From Thermoprotei archaeon (GTDB lineage Archaea > Thermoproteota > Thermoprotei > Gearchaeales > WAQG01), in assembly GCA_049976445.1 (NCBI GenBank), contig JBMFIF010000003.1:3629-67628 (forward strand): a DNA stretch of 64,000 nucleotides. The letters run 5' to 3'. A program made the position numbers and the translations under genes. Each line of letters starts with the position of its first letter. Position 1 is the stretch's first letter. Positions 1-9,311 of the stretch are shown here, piece after piece. Below the pieces are notes generated by a model. That model was not told the DNA's origin, made no database searches, and was given only the letters and a program-made list of their open reading frames with translations.

Positions 1-546
1 GATCCTAAAAAGATAAAGATCGTGAGTGTAAGAGAATTACCAAAAGAGGGTGGGCCTATAAGGGTTGGTTCGGTTGTGACTGTTGAGGGTTTAGAGGGCA
101 TTGTATTAAGCATAGGTGGTGGAAGGGCTGTTATTGATTTTAATCATCCACTTGCAGGAAAAACGATTATTTATGAGGTAACAGTACGTAGTGTGATCGA
201 AAAGCTTGAGGATAAAATAATGGCCCTTTTATTCAGAAGGATACGCGGATTAGATAAGGGTAAAATCCAGATAGAAAAAATAAATGATGAAGTGACAGTT
301 CGATTACCCTCTGATATATTAACTGCAGAAAACATACAATACGCGTTGAAAGGTGTGGCTGATGATATAAAGGAGTTACTTCCAGAAATTCGTATATTAA
401 AGTATTTAATAAGTTTCGAATTACAACTGCCTAAAATTACCGAAAAAGCAGAAGAACAAGGGAAAAGTACTAATGAGACTATAACAACTGTAGCGCAACA
501 CGAGACACAACAAACTGCATCTCAAAATACAACTTCCCAGCAATAA
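1..546 (+). CDS. FKBP-type peptidyl-prolyl cis-trans isomerase (long archaeal SlyD-like form), 5'-truncated by window edge
   Basis: Motif GGRAVIDFNHPLAGKTIIYEVTV followed by the archaeal C-terminal domain and a T/Q-rich tail. Confidence 0.9.
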   Translation, partial: DPKKIKIVSVRELPKEGGPIRVGSVVTVEGLEGIVLSIGGGRAVIDFNHPLAGKTIIYEVTVRSVIEKLEDKIMALLFRRIRGLDKGKIQIEKINDEVTVRLPSDILTAENIQYALKGVADDIKELLPEIRILKYLISFELQLPKITEKAEEQGKSTNETITTVAQHETQQTASQNTTSQQ

Positions 547-639
547 GTCAAAATTTATACATTTTTAATTATTTTTTAGTAAGTTTAAGGATTACTGGTA
601 AAACTAAGTGTTAAACATTTGAAGATGATAATGGCCTTT

Positions 640-1083
640 TTATTGTGTAACGCGTTCTACAGTTACTTTTATGAATGTTTCGTTGTTGTATGATTGTTTT
701 TCTCTCCATACTTTTACTATTTTTATTTTATCACCTGGCTTTAAACCTTCGGGTTTAAATAAATCAGGCTGCTGTGATTCGACTGATGCTGGTTGGAATG
801 TTATAGTTAATCCTTCAATGGCATATTTTGATTGTATCATTAAAGTTATTGGCGCCTCTGTTACTTCTACTGCTATTACACCATCTTCACTTATTAAGCA
901 TTCATGTTTCATTGATCGTACTTTTAAGATTTCATAAATTCGTCCTACTTCTAACTGTGGATTTCCTGTGCATGACAAGAAAAGTTTGCAATTATGACAT
1001 TCATCAACAGGTCCGGTAAATATGAATTTTTCTCCTATTCGTGCCATTCTTGATCCTACTAATGTTATTATTTTTTTCCCAAT
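640..1083 (-). CDS. UPF0179 family protein; start uncertain (track ATG at 1047, conserved N-terminus extends to about 1083)
   Basis: IITLVGSRMARIGEKFIFTG..ECHNCKLF..C...LEVGRIYEILKVR..HEC pattern typical of UPF0179. Confidence 0.85.
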   Translation of the reverse strand: MGKKIITLVGSRMARIGEKFIFTGPVDECHNCKLFLSCTGNPQLEVGRIYEILKVRSMKHECLISEDGVIAVEVTEAPITLMIQSKYAIEGLTITFQPASVESQQPDLFKPEGLKPGDKIKIVKVWREKQSYNNETFIKVTVERVTQ

Positions 1084-1115
1084 ATGACCACCTAAATATC
1101 ATAGTATAGGAAAGC

Positions 1116-1123
1116 TTATATAA
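1116..1123. promoter_or_regulatory. Palindromic TATA box (TTATATAA) in the divergent UPF0179/psmB intergenic region
   Basis: aaagcTTATATAAat with purine-rich BRE-like flank between divergent genes. Confidence 0.5.
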
Positions 1124-1177
1124 ATGGATTTTCTTACTAACAGTTGGTGTAAATAACTTCTAGAGGTGTATGATTAA

Positions 1178-1828
1178 GTGTCAATGATAAATATGAGTTC
1201 CAAAGATATGAGATTACGAACAGGAACTACAACTGTTGGAGTAGTATGTAAGGATGGAGTAGTTCTAGCAGCAGATAGAAAAGTAACTGCAGGACATTTA
1301 GTTGCACATAAAATAGGTAGAAAAATTTTACCTATAGATACACATGCATTAATTACCATTGCGGGATTGGTAGCGGATGCTCAAGCGCTAGTAGATGTAT
1401 TACGAGCTAATGCATCACTTTATCGGATAAGAAATAAACGTCCTATTCCAATTAATGCTATTGCAAGTCTTGCATCAAATATATTGTTTGGATCGAGATT
1501 TTTACCATATATAGTCGAAGTTAACATAGGCGGGTATGATTTACATGGGCCTTCATTGTATTCAATAGACTTTTTTGGTTCTGTTACTAATGAACGAAAT
1601 TATGTTGCTAGAGGCTCTGGTTCGCCAGTAGCTTTAGGTGTACTTGAAAAAGAGTACAGGGAAGGAATTGCAATAGATGAGGGTGTTCGTATTGCTACCT
1701 TAGCAGTACATTCGGCATCACGTTGGGACTTGTATACTGGTGGTTCTGGCATTGATGTAGCTGTAATCGATGCTAACGGTTACAGGTTTTTGGATGATCA
1801 CGAAATAATTAGGATATTATCATCATGA
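1178..1828 (+). CDS. psmB: Proteasome beta subunit
   Basis: Propeptide then TG^TTTVGVVCKDGVVLAAD, GLVADAQ, GSGS motifs. Confidence 0.97.
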   Translation: MSMINMSSKDMRLRTGTTTVGVVCKDGVVLAADRKVTAGHLVAHKIGRKILPIDTHALITIAGLVADAQALVDVLRANASLYRIRNKRPIPINAIASLASNILFGSRFLPYIVEVNIGGYDLHGPSLYSIDFFGSVTNERNYVARGSGSPVALGVLEKEYREGIAIDEGVRIATLAVHSASRWDLYTGGSGIDVAVIDANGYRFLDDHEIIRILSS

Positions 1829-1853
1829 TCATTTATAGAGATTTAACAAAAAG

Positions 1854-3785
1854 ATGGGGAGCAAAATGGGACTGCAAGCAACAGATATACAGACCAGAAT
1901 AACTCGTGCATTACTCGAAAACTTGCCAGCTGATGCTAAGATCACACGCATAGAATTTGAAGGCCCATATTTAGTATTATATACAGAGAGTATTAAGGCT
2001 GTAACTGGTGAGGAGGGTTTAGCTGCAAAAATTGCTAAAGCAGCGCGCAGAAAAGTGATTATACGACCAGCAGAGTCTATTAGATTACCAGTAGAAAAAG
2101 CTAAGGAGTTTTTAATAAAAAATATTCCACCTGATATAGGATTACATGAGATATATTTTGATGAGCTTAAAGGCGAAGTTCACATCTACGCACTAAAATT
2201 AGGGCAATTAATAGGTAGAGGAGGAATGAACCTTTGGATGCTTATGAATGAAATAAGATGGAAAATTGTTCCACATCGAGCGCCCGTCATGCAATCAGAA
2301 ATTTTTAGGATTGTATCTGAACAGATAATAGCTTCTAAAAAGGAACATTTAAAAACATTAATGAGAATAGGACAACGTTTAAATCGTCCGCGTATATACC
2401 AAAACGAATATATACGTATTATACCATTAGGAGGTTTTGGAGAAGTAGGACGTAGTTCTATTCTTGTGGAGACCCCAAATAGTAAAGTTTTATTGGATGC
2501 TGGAGCGAGACCTGGCGCGAAAACACTCTACGATGAGTATCCGGCATTTCATATTGATGGATTAGATATTGAGGATCTTGACGCTATAGTAATATCACAT
2601 GCACATTTCGATCATACTGCAGCATTACCTTATCTTTTCAAATATGGGTATAGAGGTCCTGTTTATATGACTGAACCTACACTGCATCTAACATATTTAA
2701 TTATAAAAGATTATCTTGATGTTGCTTTAAAAGAAGGACGCCCGTTACCTTATACTATGAATGATGTACGCACAATGATGCAGCATGTCATAACAATAGA
2801 TTATGAAGAGGTTGTAGATATCGCTCCTGACATAAAACTTACACTTTATAATGCAGGTCATATTTTAGGTTCGAGTAGTGTACATCTTCATATTGGTGAT
2901 GGCTTACATAACATAGTATATAGTGGCGATTTTAAGTTTGCCAATACACGTCTTCTTAACAAGGCGTTTAATAATTTTAAACGTGTTGAAACACTTATAA
3001 TAGAATCTACTTATGGTGCACCAACAGATGTAATGCCATCTGTTGAAGAGACTGAGCAATCTCTTATAAAAGTTGTCAAGGATACTTTAGAGCGTGGCGG
3101 TAAAGTTTTAATGCCTATGCTTTCAGTAGGACGAGCACAAGAAGTCATGCTTGCTTTGTATGAAGCAATTGAGAATAATAAGATGCCTAAAGTACCTATA
3201 TATGTTGAAGGTATGATATTAGAAAGCACAGCACTTCATACTGCATTTTTGGATGAGCTTTCATGGGATATTAAGAATAAGGTGTTTAAGGAAGGTGTTA
3301 TACCATTCAAATCAGATTATTTCTATATGCTTCATGAAAAGACTGATAGATCAGAAATCGTAGAAGGTTCACCATGCATTATAATGGCTCCTTCAGGTAT
3401 GCTCAATGGAGGACCAGCTTTAGAGTACTTACGTCTTTTAGCTAATGATGAGAAAAGTACTGTAGTATTTACATCATACCAAGTTTCAGGTACATTAGGC
3501 AGACGATTAAAAGATGGTATCAGAGAGGTTATGCTGCCTGACGAAAAAGGTATAGAACGACTTGTCACTGTAAAAATGGACGTCCAAAGTATAGAAGGAT
3601 TTTCGGGTCACAGTGATAGAAAACAACTTTTAAATTATATCCGAACTATGCCACAAAAACCTAGATTAGTGATAGTAAATCATGGCGAAAAATCAAAGAG
3701 CTTACAATTAGCTAATGCAATAGAAAAAATTTTTAACATAAAAACTGTAGTACCGGAAGTTCTTGAAGCAATTAAAGTGCACTAG
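1854..3785 (+). CDS. fttA: Beta-CASP ribonuclease aCPSF1 / transcription termination factor with N-terminal KH domains
   Basis: IEFEGP, GQLIGRGG KH motif, GGFGEVGRS, SHAHFDH, AGHILGS, FSGHSD, NHGE; conserved position after psmB. Confidence 0.95.
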   Translation: MGSKMGLQATDIQTRITRALLENLPADAKITRIEFEGPYLVLYTESIKAVTGEEGLAAKIAKAARRKVIIRPAESIRLPVEKAKEFLIKNIPPDIGLHEIYFDELKGEVHIYALKLGQLIGRGGMNLWMLMNEIRWKIVPHRAPVMQSEIFRIVSEQIIASKKEHLKTLMRIGQRLNRPRIYQNEYIRIIPLGGFGEVGRSSILVETPNSKVLLDAGARPGAKTLYDEYPAFHIDGLDIEDLDAIVISHAHFDHTAALPYLFKYGYRGPVYMTEPTLHLTYLIIKDYLDVALKEGRPLPYTMNDVRTMMQHVITIDYEEVVDIAPDIKLTLYNAGHILGSSSVHLHIGDGLHNIVYSGDFKFANTRLLNKAFNNFKRVETLIIESTYGAPTDVMPSVEETEQSLIKVVKDTLERGGKVLMPMLSVGRAQEVMLALYEAIENNKMPKVPIYVEGMILESTALHTAFLDELSWDIKNKVFKEGVIPFKSDYFYMLHEKTDRSEIVEGSPCIIMAPSGMLNGGPALEYLRLLANDEKSTVVFTSYQVSGTLGRRLKDGIREVMLPDEKGIERLVTVKMDVQSIEGFSGHSDRKQLLNYIRTMPQKPRLVIVNHGEKSKSLQLANAIEKIFNIKTVVPEVLEAIKVH

Positions 3786-3828
3786 ACTACTATCGAAAGC
3801 ATGTACTTCATAATGGATGTAAAAATTT

Positions 3829-4323
3829 TTATCTCAATAATTCTGCTACTACCCTCCAGATTTTATCATTAAGATGATGTAAATTTCTAGCAACTTTTCC
3901 ATGTTTATCTTTAATTAATTGCGACCAGTTATCTAATATTTCAACAACAGCTAGTGGTCTATTATTTAATTGATCAACTACAACAGCTAACATTCCTTCT
4001 TTAAGTTCTCCTACAATTTTAGTAATACCTGGAGCCATTACATCTGCTCCATTTATTATATGAGGAACAGCTCCTTGATCTACATACAATCTTGGAAGTT
4101 GAAGTATAAGCTTTGAAGTGAGGAAGGGCATCATTTTATTATTTATTTCTATTATCTCGGGTTTTTTATCTATCAAATAAATTATTTCTCCACTTTTTAA
4201 TTCTATGTATTCTATAATCCTATCTGATAGATCTAATTTAATATTGTTTATTTTTAATTGCTCGTTCAGTTTTTTGCTATCACCTTTGCTTAGATAAAAA
4301 CGTTTTTTAATCTGAGCGCTCAT
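3829..4323 (-). CDS. PUA-domain RNA-binding protein (Tma20/MCT-1-like)
   Basis: VDQGAVPHIINGADVMAPGI and GKVARNLHHLNDKIW; likely start MSAQIKKR at 4323. Confidence 0.9.
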   Translation of the reverse strand: MSAQIKKRFYLSKGDSKKLNEQLKINNIKLDLSDRIIEYIELKSGEIIYLIDKKPEIIEINNKMMPFLTSKLILQLPRLYVDQGAVPHIINGADVMAPGITKIVGELKEGMLAVVVDQLNNRPLAVVEILDNWSQLIKDKHGKVARNLHHLNDKIWRVVAELLR

Positions 4324-4390
4324 GATTCTACATAACTTATAGAAAAACACATTTATATATGAAACTGTTAAACATCATTAGTAGTAGAAG

Positions 4391-4642
4391 GTGAGTTATG
4401 TGAGCCGTAATCCAAACATAGGCGAGGTACAATCTAGAGATTTTCTACAGGCAAGCATAGGACAGACAGTATTAGTTAAATTAAAGGGTGGCAGATTTGT
4501 AAGAGGAATTCTAAAAAGTTTTGATATGCACATGAACCTTATATTATTAGATGCAGAAGAAATAGATGAAAATAAAAATACACGTAAACTTGGCACGCTA
4601 GTTGTACGTGGAGATAACGTAATTCTGATATCACCTTCATAG
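4391..4642 (+). CDS. Sm-like archaeal protein (SmAP1/Lsm)
   Basis: [26 protein letters not shown] and [12 protein letters not shown]; directly upstream of L37e. Confidence 0.95.
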   Translation: MSYVSRNPNIGEVQSRDFLQASIGQTVLVKLKGGRFVRGILKSFDMHMNLILLDAEEIDENKNTRKLGTLVVRGDNVILISPS

Positions 4643-4653
4643 GTGAGTATCAA

Positions 4654-4839
4654 ATGAAGGGCACATCATCAATGGGAAAAATGAACCGAACTCCTACACA
4701 TATAAGATGTAGGAGATGCGGAAGGCACTCATACAACATCACAAAAAGATATTGTGCAGCTTGCGGATTTGGTCGTACAAGTAAAATAAGACAATACAGC
4801 TGGCAGAATAAAAAAGTTAATGGAATCAGACTTATTTAG
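4654..4839 (+). CDS. rpl37e: 50S ribosomal protein L37e
   Basis: [22 protein letters not shown]....YCAACGFGR. Confidence 0.98.
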   Translation: MKGTSSMGKMNRTPTHIRCRRCGRHSYNITKRYCAACGFGRTSKIRQYSWQNKKVNGIRLI

Positions 4840-4860
4840 TACTGCTATGTTAAATATCAT

Positions 4861-4934
4861 GGGCCGGTAGTTCAGCCTGGGAGAATGCCCGCTTGGCATG
4901 CGGGAGGTCGCGGGTTCAAATCCCGCCCGGTCCA
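4861..4934 (+). tRNA. tRNA-Ala(GGC)
   Basis: Cloverleaf gggccgg...ccggtcc-a; anticodon arm cccgc-tt-GGC-at-gcggg; T-loop gttcaaa; no CCA. Confidence 0.97.
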
Positions 4935-5020
4935 CTAATCTTATCAATAATTTTGCTGAATTATTCAAAAATTTGAGTACTTTAGTAAAAATGGAAACTT
5001 GAACTATAAGATACTTAAAA

Positions 5021-5055
5021 ATGAAAGCCTCACTCCTAGGAGTGAGGAGAGGTTA
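5021..5055 (+). repeat. Perfect 20-bp palindrome (5028-5047) resembling an IS200/IS605- or IS607-type end scar
   Basis: atgaaag-CCTCACTCCTAGGAGTGAGG-agaggtt resembles GAAAGCCCC..CCCTTTAGGG..GGGGAGGAGGT ends of tnpB elements. Confidence 0.5.
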
Positions 5056-5144
5056 TAAAACTCTTTAGTATGCAGGATATTTTAAAGGGGCGATAGATAG
5101 ATTTTTAATTAATGCTATTATTTTCGATTAGGGAGGTCGAAGGG

Positions 5145-5564
5145 ATGTCTATAGTCGGGATTCGAAGGTTCACGAGTGAAATTAATAACTTAGTAGGGCG
5201 AATAATAGAAGTTCATACATCGCTTGGTAAAACATACATTGGGCGTTTATCTGCAATAGATCCGGATAAACTAAATATGATACTTACAGATGTTTCTAGT
5301 GACGGTAACAAATATCATGCCGTTGTACTTAATGGCTCAAATATAACAGAGATATTACTTAAGGAAAAACCATTCGATATGAGAGCATTAGCTGAAAGAT
5401 TAGAAAAAATATTTCCTAAGATGGTTAGATATGATGAAAGCACACGGTTGATAATTGTTGCAGAGCGTGTAAAAGTTGGGGAACAAGGCGTTATCGAAGG
5501 AGCAGGGCCTATTGCCGAAAAAGTTAAGTCAATATACGATCAATATATGAAAGAAATTCAGTAA
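5145..5564 (+). CDS. Sm-like protein with C-terminal extension (SmAP3 type)
   Basis: Sm fold (GKTYIGRLSAID...LNMILTD, VLNGSNITEI) plus KPFDMRALAERLEKIFP domain; GGAGG RBS before ATG 5145. Confidence 0.9.
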   Translation: MSIVGIRRFTSEINNLVGRIIEVHTSLGKTYIGRLSAIDPDKLNMILTDVSSDGNKYHAVVLNGSNITEILLKEKPFDMRALAERLEKIFPKMVRYDESTRLIIVAERVKVGEQGVIEGAGPIAEKVKSIYDQYMKEIQ

Positions 5565-5584
5565 GATGAATACGTAATCGTAAA

Positions 5585-7171
5585 ATGAGCTTCGAAATAC
5601 TGGATAAAAGCCTTTGTGGGAGAATTGGTCTACTTAAGACTAGGCACGGAAACATTAAAACACCTACGCTCTTGCCAGTTTTAAACCCTGTAAAGCAAGA
5701 GCTTTCTGCACAAGATATTGCTAAAATAGGTTTTGATGCGGTAATAACTAACGCTTATCTTCTTTGGAGAAATATGAAGGGAAAGCCACGAGATGTTCAT
5801 GATCATTTAAACTTTAATGGGCCAATAATGACGGATTCTGGAGCTTATCAGATTTTACGTTATGGTGCTGTTGAAGTTAAGCCTGAAGAAATTGTGGAAT
5901 ACGAAAAATTAATCAATAGTGATATTGCGGTAATACTTGATGTGCCAACCGGTCCAGATGATGATTGGAATAAGGCTAAAGAAAGTGTGGAAATAACGCT
6001 ACATAGAGCAATTGAAAGTAATAAAATAAGGGATCATGAAAGACTTTGGGTTGGTCCTATCCAAGGTGGTAAATATCTTGATTTAGTTAGGTTATCAGCT
6101 AAATCAATGTATCAACAGGGTTTTGATATATATGCTGTAGGAAGTCCAACTGGTTTAATGGAAGGTTACAAATTTAGTACGGTATTGAAAATGGTGATTA
6201 CTGCGAAAAGTATTATTGGTTCTGGGAATCCATTACACTTATTTGGCGCGGGCCATCCTATGTTCTTTCCGTTTATGGTTGCGGTTGGGGTAGATTTATT
6301 TGATTCTGCCGCGTACGCGCTTTATGCACAAGATGGTAGATATATAACTTCATCAGGTACTTTTAGGATAAACGATTTAAAAGAATTACCATGTAATTGT
6401 CCTGTATGCTCAAAAGCCTCTGCAGATGATGTAAGAAATATGTCTCAAGAAGAAAGAAAGCGTTTTTTGATGATTCATAATTTGTATGTTAGTTTATCTG
6501 AAGTAAAAAGAGTACGCCAACACATAACTGAAGGTACACTCTGGGAACTTTGTGAAGAAAGAAGTCGTGCGCATCCATCCTTGTTTAACGCTATGAAAGT
6601 TCTTGTGAAGTTTCATAAATATCTTGAACGATGTGACCCAATCACTAAACCTGTTATTCATGGTCTCTTTTTCTATAGCAATGAGACTGCATTAAGGCCT
6701 CAGACTTATAGACATGTAATGAGAATTATATCAAATTATTCACCAGAATTTGTTAAACTTATTATATTACTTCCTCCAGTAATAAATAGGCCATACATCA
6801 GATCTTCTGTTATAAGGAATATTATACAACTAATCAATAATACAAAATATGCAAATTCATCATGTATAGCTATTGTTGGCGATCCGTTTATTTTTATACC
6901 AATAGAACTTTCTGAAATATATCCTTTATCACAATATGAAGGCATGGCATGCTCTAAAGCTCTTTCAAAAATATTCATAGATAATTTTCCTAATCTCAAA
7001 TTTCTTGATGGACTAGAAGTAGCAATATCAATATCTGACAAGCACAATAATGATCTTCTTAATAAAATCAATGAATATTTAAGAGAAAAAGGAGTAAAAG
7101 TTATCGAAATTAGTTTGAAAAAAGGAGATTCTATGATAAAAATTCTTAAAAATGTGCTTAGTTTGTTATAA
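5585..7171 (+). CDS. tgtA: Archaeosine tRNA-guanine(15) transglycosylase lacking the C-terminal PUA module
   Basis: IMTDSGAYQIL, GPIQGG, LHLFGAGHP, DLFDSAAY, CNCPVC zinc site, HNL. Confidence 0.95.
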   Translation: MSFEILDKSLCGRIGLLKTRHGNIKTPTLLPVLNPVKQELSAQDIAKIGFDAVITNAYLLWRNMKGKPRDVHDHLNFNGPIMTDSGAYQILRYGAVEVKPEEIVEYEKLINSDIAVILDVPTGPDDDWNKAKESVEITLHRAIESNKIRDHERLWVGPIQGGKYLDLVRLSAKSMYQQGFDIYAVGSPTGLMEGYKFSTVLKMVITAKSIIGSGNPLHLFGAGHPMFFPFMVAVGVDLFDSAAYALYAQDGRYITSSGTFRINDLKELPCNCPVCSKASADDVRNMSQEERKRFLMIHNLYVSLSEVKRVRQHITEGTLWELCEERSRAHPSLFNAMKVLVKFHKYLERCDPITKPVIHGLFFYSNETALRPQTYRHVMRIISNYSPEFVKLIILLPPVINRPYIRSSVIRNIIQLINNTKYANSSCIAIVGDPFIFIPIELSEIYPLSQYEGMACSKALSKIFIDNFPNLKFLDGLEVAISISDKHNNDLLNKINEYLREKGVKVIEISLKKGDSMIKILKNVLSLL

Positions 7172-7185
7172 TTCTGTTATTTATT

Positions 7186-7974
7186 TCACATGTAGAACAT
7201 GAATTTTTCTCTGCTTTTTTCATCGAGTGCTTTTTGTTCACTTTCTTTCATACTTGCTTCTATTCTAGCTTCAATTTCTTCTACTTCTTTTCTAATAGAT
7301 TCTATATTAATTTCTGCGTCATAGTATTCATTAAGTATGTTTAAAGCTATCATTGTCGCACGTGTATCTGGTTCAAATTGTCTAGCATAGGGAAGTATGG
7401 TTATAGCAGGAAATTCGTTAAGTTCAAAGTAAGAGAGTAATGATGCTAATGGTCCAAAAATTGTTAAACGTGCATCCATTGGTTTTCCGAAGATTTTTTT
7501 AGTTGATGCATATGCACTAGTATACGCGACTCTGTATTCATCATCATTATCACTTCTGTATTTATCTGATAATCCTCCAATAAGGACTGCTTCTTTAAAA
7601 CCTTGAGTTATAACCCATTCAGCTATTCCTCGTGTTAGTAAGTGCATTTCTCTAGGTTCTGGGGGGGATTCTGTAACCATTACTATAAAGTTTTTTCTTT
7701 TGTAAAGTTCAAAAGGTAGTTGGATTCTTGAATCACCCATCTTCACAACTAGTGGTAATCTGTCTAATAGAATATATCCAATATGTTTTGAATCTGACTG
7801 ATCAGCTATATATCTAGTAGTTAGGTATCCTACTGCTCCAATTCCATGAAATCCTGTAAGAAATATTTTATTTTTTCCTATAGGCTCTCTTATCATCTTA
7901 TCTTTTAATATTACTGTGAATTTTGTTTTTTCGTTCATTCGTTCTTCTGTTCTCATAATTTTTTTCAACCTCAC
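7186..7974 (-). CDS. Proteasome assembly chaperone PAC2 family protein
   Basis: TGFHGIGAVGYLTTRYI, AVLIGGL, IFGPLASLL, PDTRA; C-terminal MFYM (HbYX-like). Confidence 0.88.
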   Translation of the reverse strand: MRLKKIMRTEERMNEKTKFTVILKDKMIREPIGKNKIFLTGFHGIGAVGYLTTRYIADQSDSKHIGYILLDRLPLVVKMGDSRIQLPFELYKRKNFIVMVTESPPEPREMHLLTRGIAEWVITQGFKEAVLIGGLSDKYRSDNDDEYRVAYTSAYASTKKIFGKPMDARLTIFGPLASLLSYFELNEFPAITILPYARQFEPDTRATMIALNILNEYYDAEINIESIRKEVEEIEARIEASMKESEQKALDEKSREKFMFYM

Positions 7975-8042
7975 ACTATTAATTATAGCTAAAAATAAAT
8001 ATGTAACTTAATTATAACACTATGAACTACAAGTGAAAAATC

Positions 8043-9311
8043 ATGTCCGAGGTTACAATTCAAGTTTTAGGCGCTGGAGGAGAAGTAGGTAGGTCTGGAA
8101 TCCTTATTAAACATAAAGAACGAGCACTGCTCTTGGATTATGGTACACTTACGAATGATGAGGTACAATTTCCATTACACGTATCACCAAGGAATCTTTC
8201 TGCAGTGATATTATCGCATGCACATTTAGATCACTCAGGTGCACTTCCAATGCTTTATGCTTCAGCAAAAGCACCACCGCTCTATTCAACGATAATGACG
8301 CTTGAGTTAACAGATATTCTTCTTCATGATTTTATGAACATCAGCACATCGTATTTACCATTTGAAGAGAGAGAAGTTCAAAGGATGTTCAAGCATTCAA
8401 TACCAATTACTGCTGGAGATTCAATAGACATAGATGATTTTCACGTAAAATTTTATGATGCAGGACATATTCCTGGTAGTTTAATGGTTGAAGTAGAGGT
8501 CAGTAACAAAAGAATACTATACACCGGCGATTTTAATACATGGGAGACAAAACTTCTTAAACCTGCACAGGTACCGGATCCAGGATATGATCTTGTCATA
8601 AGTGAGAGTACTTATTCTGGGGTCGAACACCCGCCAAGAAATGATGTCGAGAAAAAATTAATAGAAATATCAACAGCTACAGTAGAAAATAAAGGTTTTG
8701 TTTTAATACCGGCGTTCTCTGTAGGAAGGTCTCAAGAGATCCTATCAATCTTTGAAGAACATAACATACCATACACAATATATCTAGATGGAATGGCAAA
8801 AGAGGTTGGATCATTATTTTTACAATATCCCTCATTCTTTAAGGATTATTCATTACTTAAAAAAGCATTAGAGAGAGCAATATGGGTTAATTCAAATGCT
8901 CAACGAAAGAGAATAGTAGAAAGACCAAATATAGTGGTGACACCTGCAGGCATGTTAAAAGGTGGACCAGCAGTATATTACATGAACAAAATTGTAACCG
9001 TTAATAAAAATTCAATAATCTTAGTATCCTATCAAGTTCCAGGCACTCCTGGTCGCAAACTTTATGATGAACGTTTATGGTTCATGTCCAATATTAAAAA
9101 AGATATTAAGGTCGAAGCAACAGTCGAGTGGTTAGATTTTTCAAGTCATTGTGGGCATTCTCAACTCAAATCATTTCTAACAAGGATAGACCCTAATAAA
9201 ATATTATTAGTTCATGGTGAAACACAAAAAGCGTCTGTTCTTAAATCAGAATTAGAGGAGCATGGTATTAATGTCGAAATTGCAAAAAACGGATACGCAA
9301 TACAGATATAA
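8043..9311 (+). CDS. Beta-CASP metallo-beta-lactamase ribonuclease (aCPSF2-like)
   Basis: LGAGGEVGRS, SHAHLDHSG, AGHIPGS, YTGDFN, FSVGRSQE, DFSSH, VHGE. Confidence 0.93.
   Translation: MSEVTIQVLGAGGEVGRSGILIKHKERALLLDYGTLTNDEVQFPLHVSPRNLSAVILSHAHLDHSGALPMLYASAKAPPLYSTIMTLELTDILLHDFMNISTSYLPFEEREVQRMFKHSIPITAGDSIDIDDFHVKFYDAGHIPGSLMVEVEVSNKRILYTGDFNTWETKLLKPAQVPDPGYDLVISESTYSGVEHPPRNDVEKKLIEISTATVENKGFVLIPAFSVGRSQEILSIFEEHNIPYTIYLDGMAKEVGSLFLQYPSFFKDYSLLKKALERAIWVNSNAQRKRIVERPNIVVTPAGMLKGGPAVYYMNKIVTVNKNSIILVSYQVPGTPGRKLYDERLWFMSNIKKDIKVEATVEWLDFSSHCGHSQLKSFLTRIDPNKILLVHGETQKASVLKSELEEHGINVEIAKNGYAIQI

Noticed and set aside
4729..4968. 79-aa minus-strand ORF
   Set aside because: Antisense shadow of tRNA-Ala and L37e (DRAGFEPATS is a typical tRNA-antisense translation)
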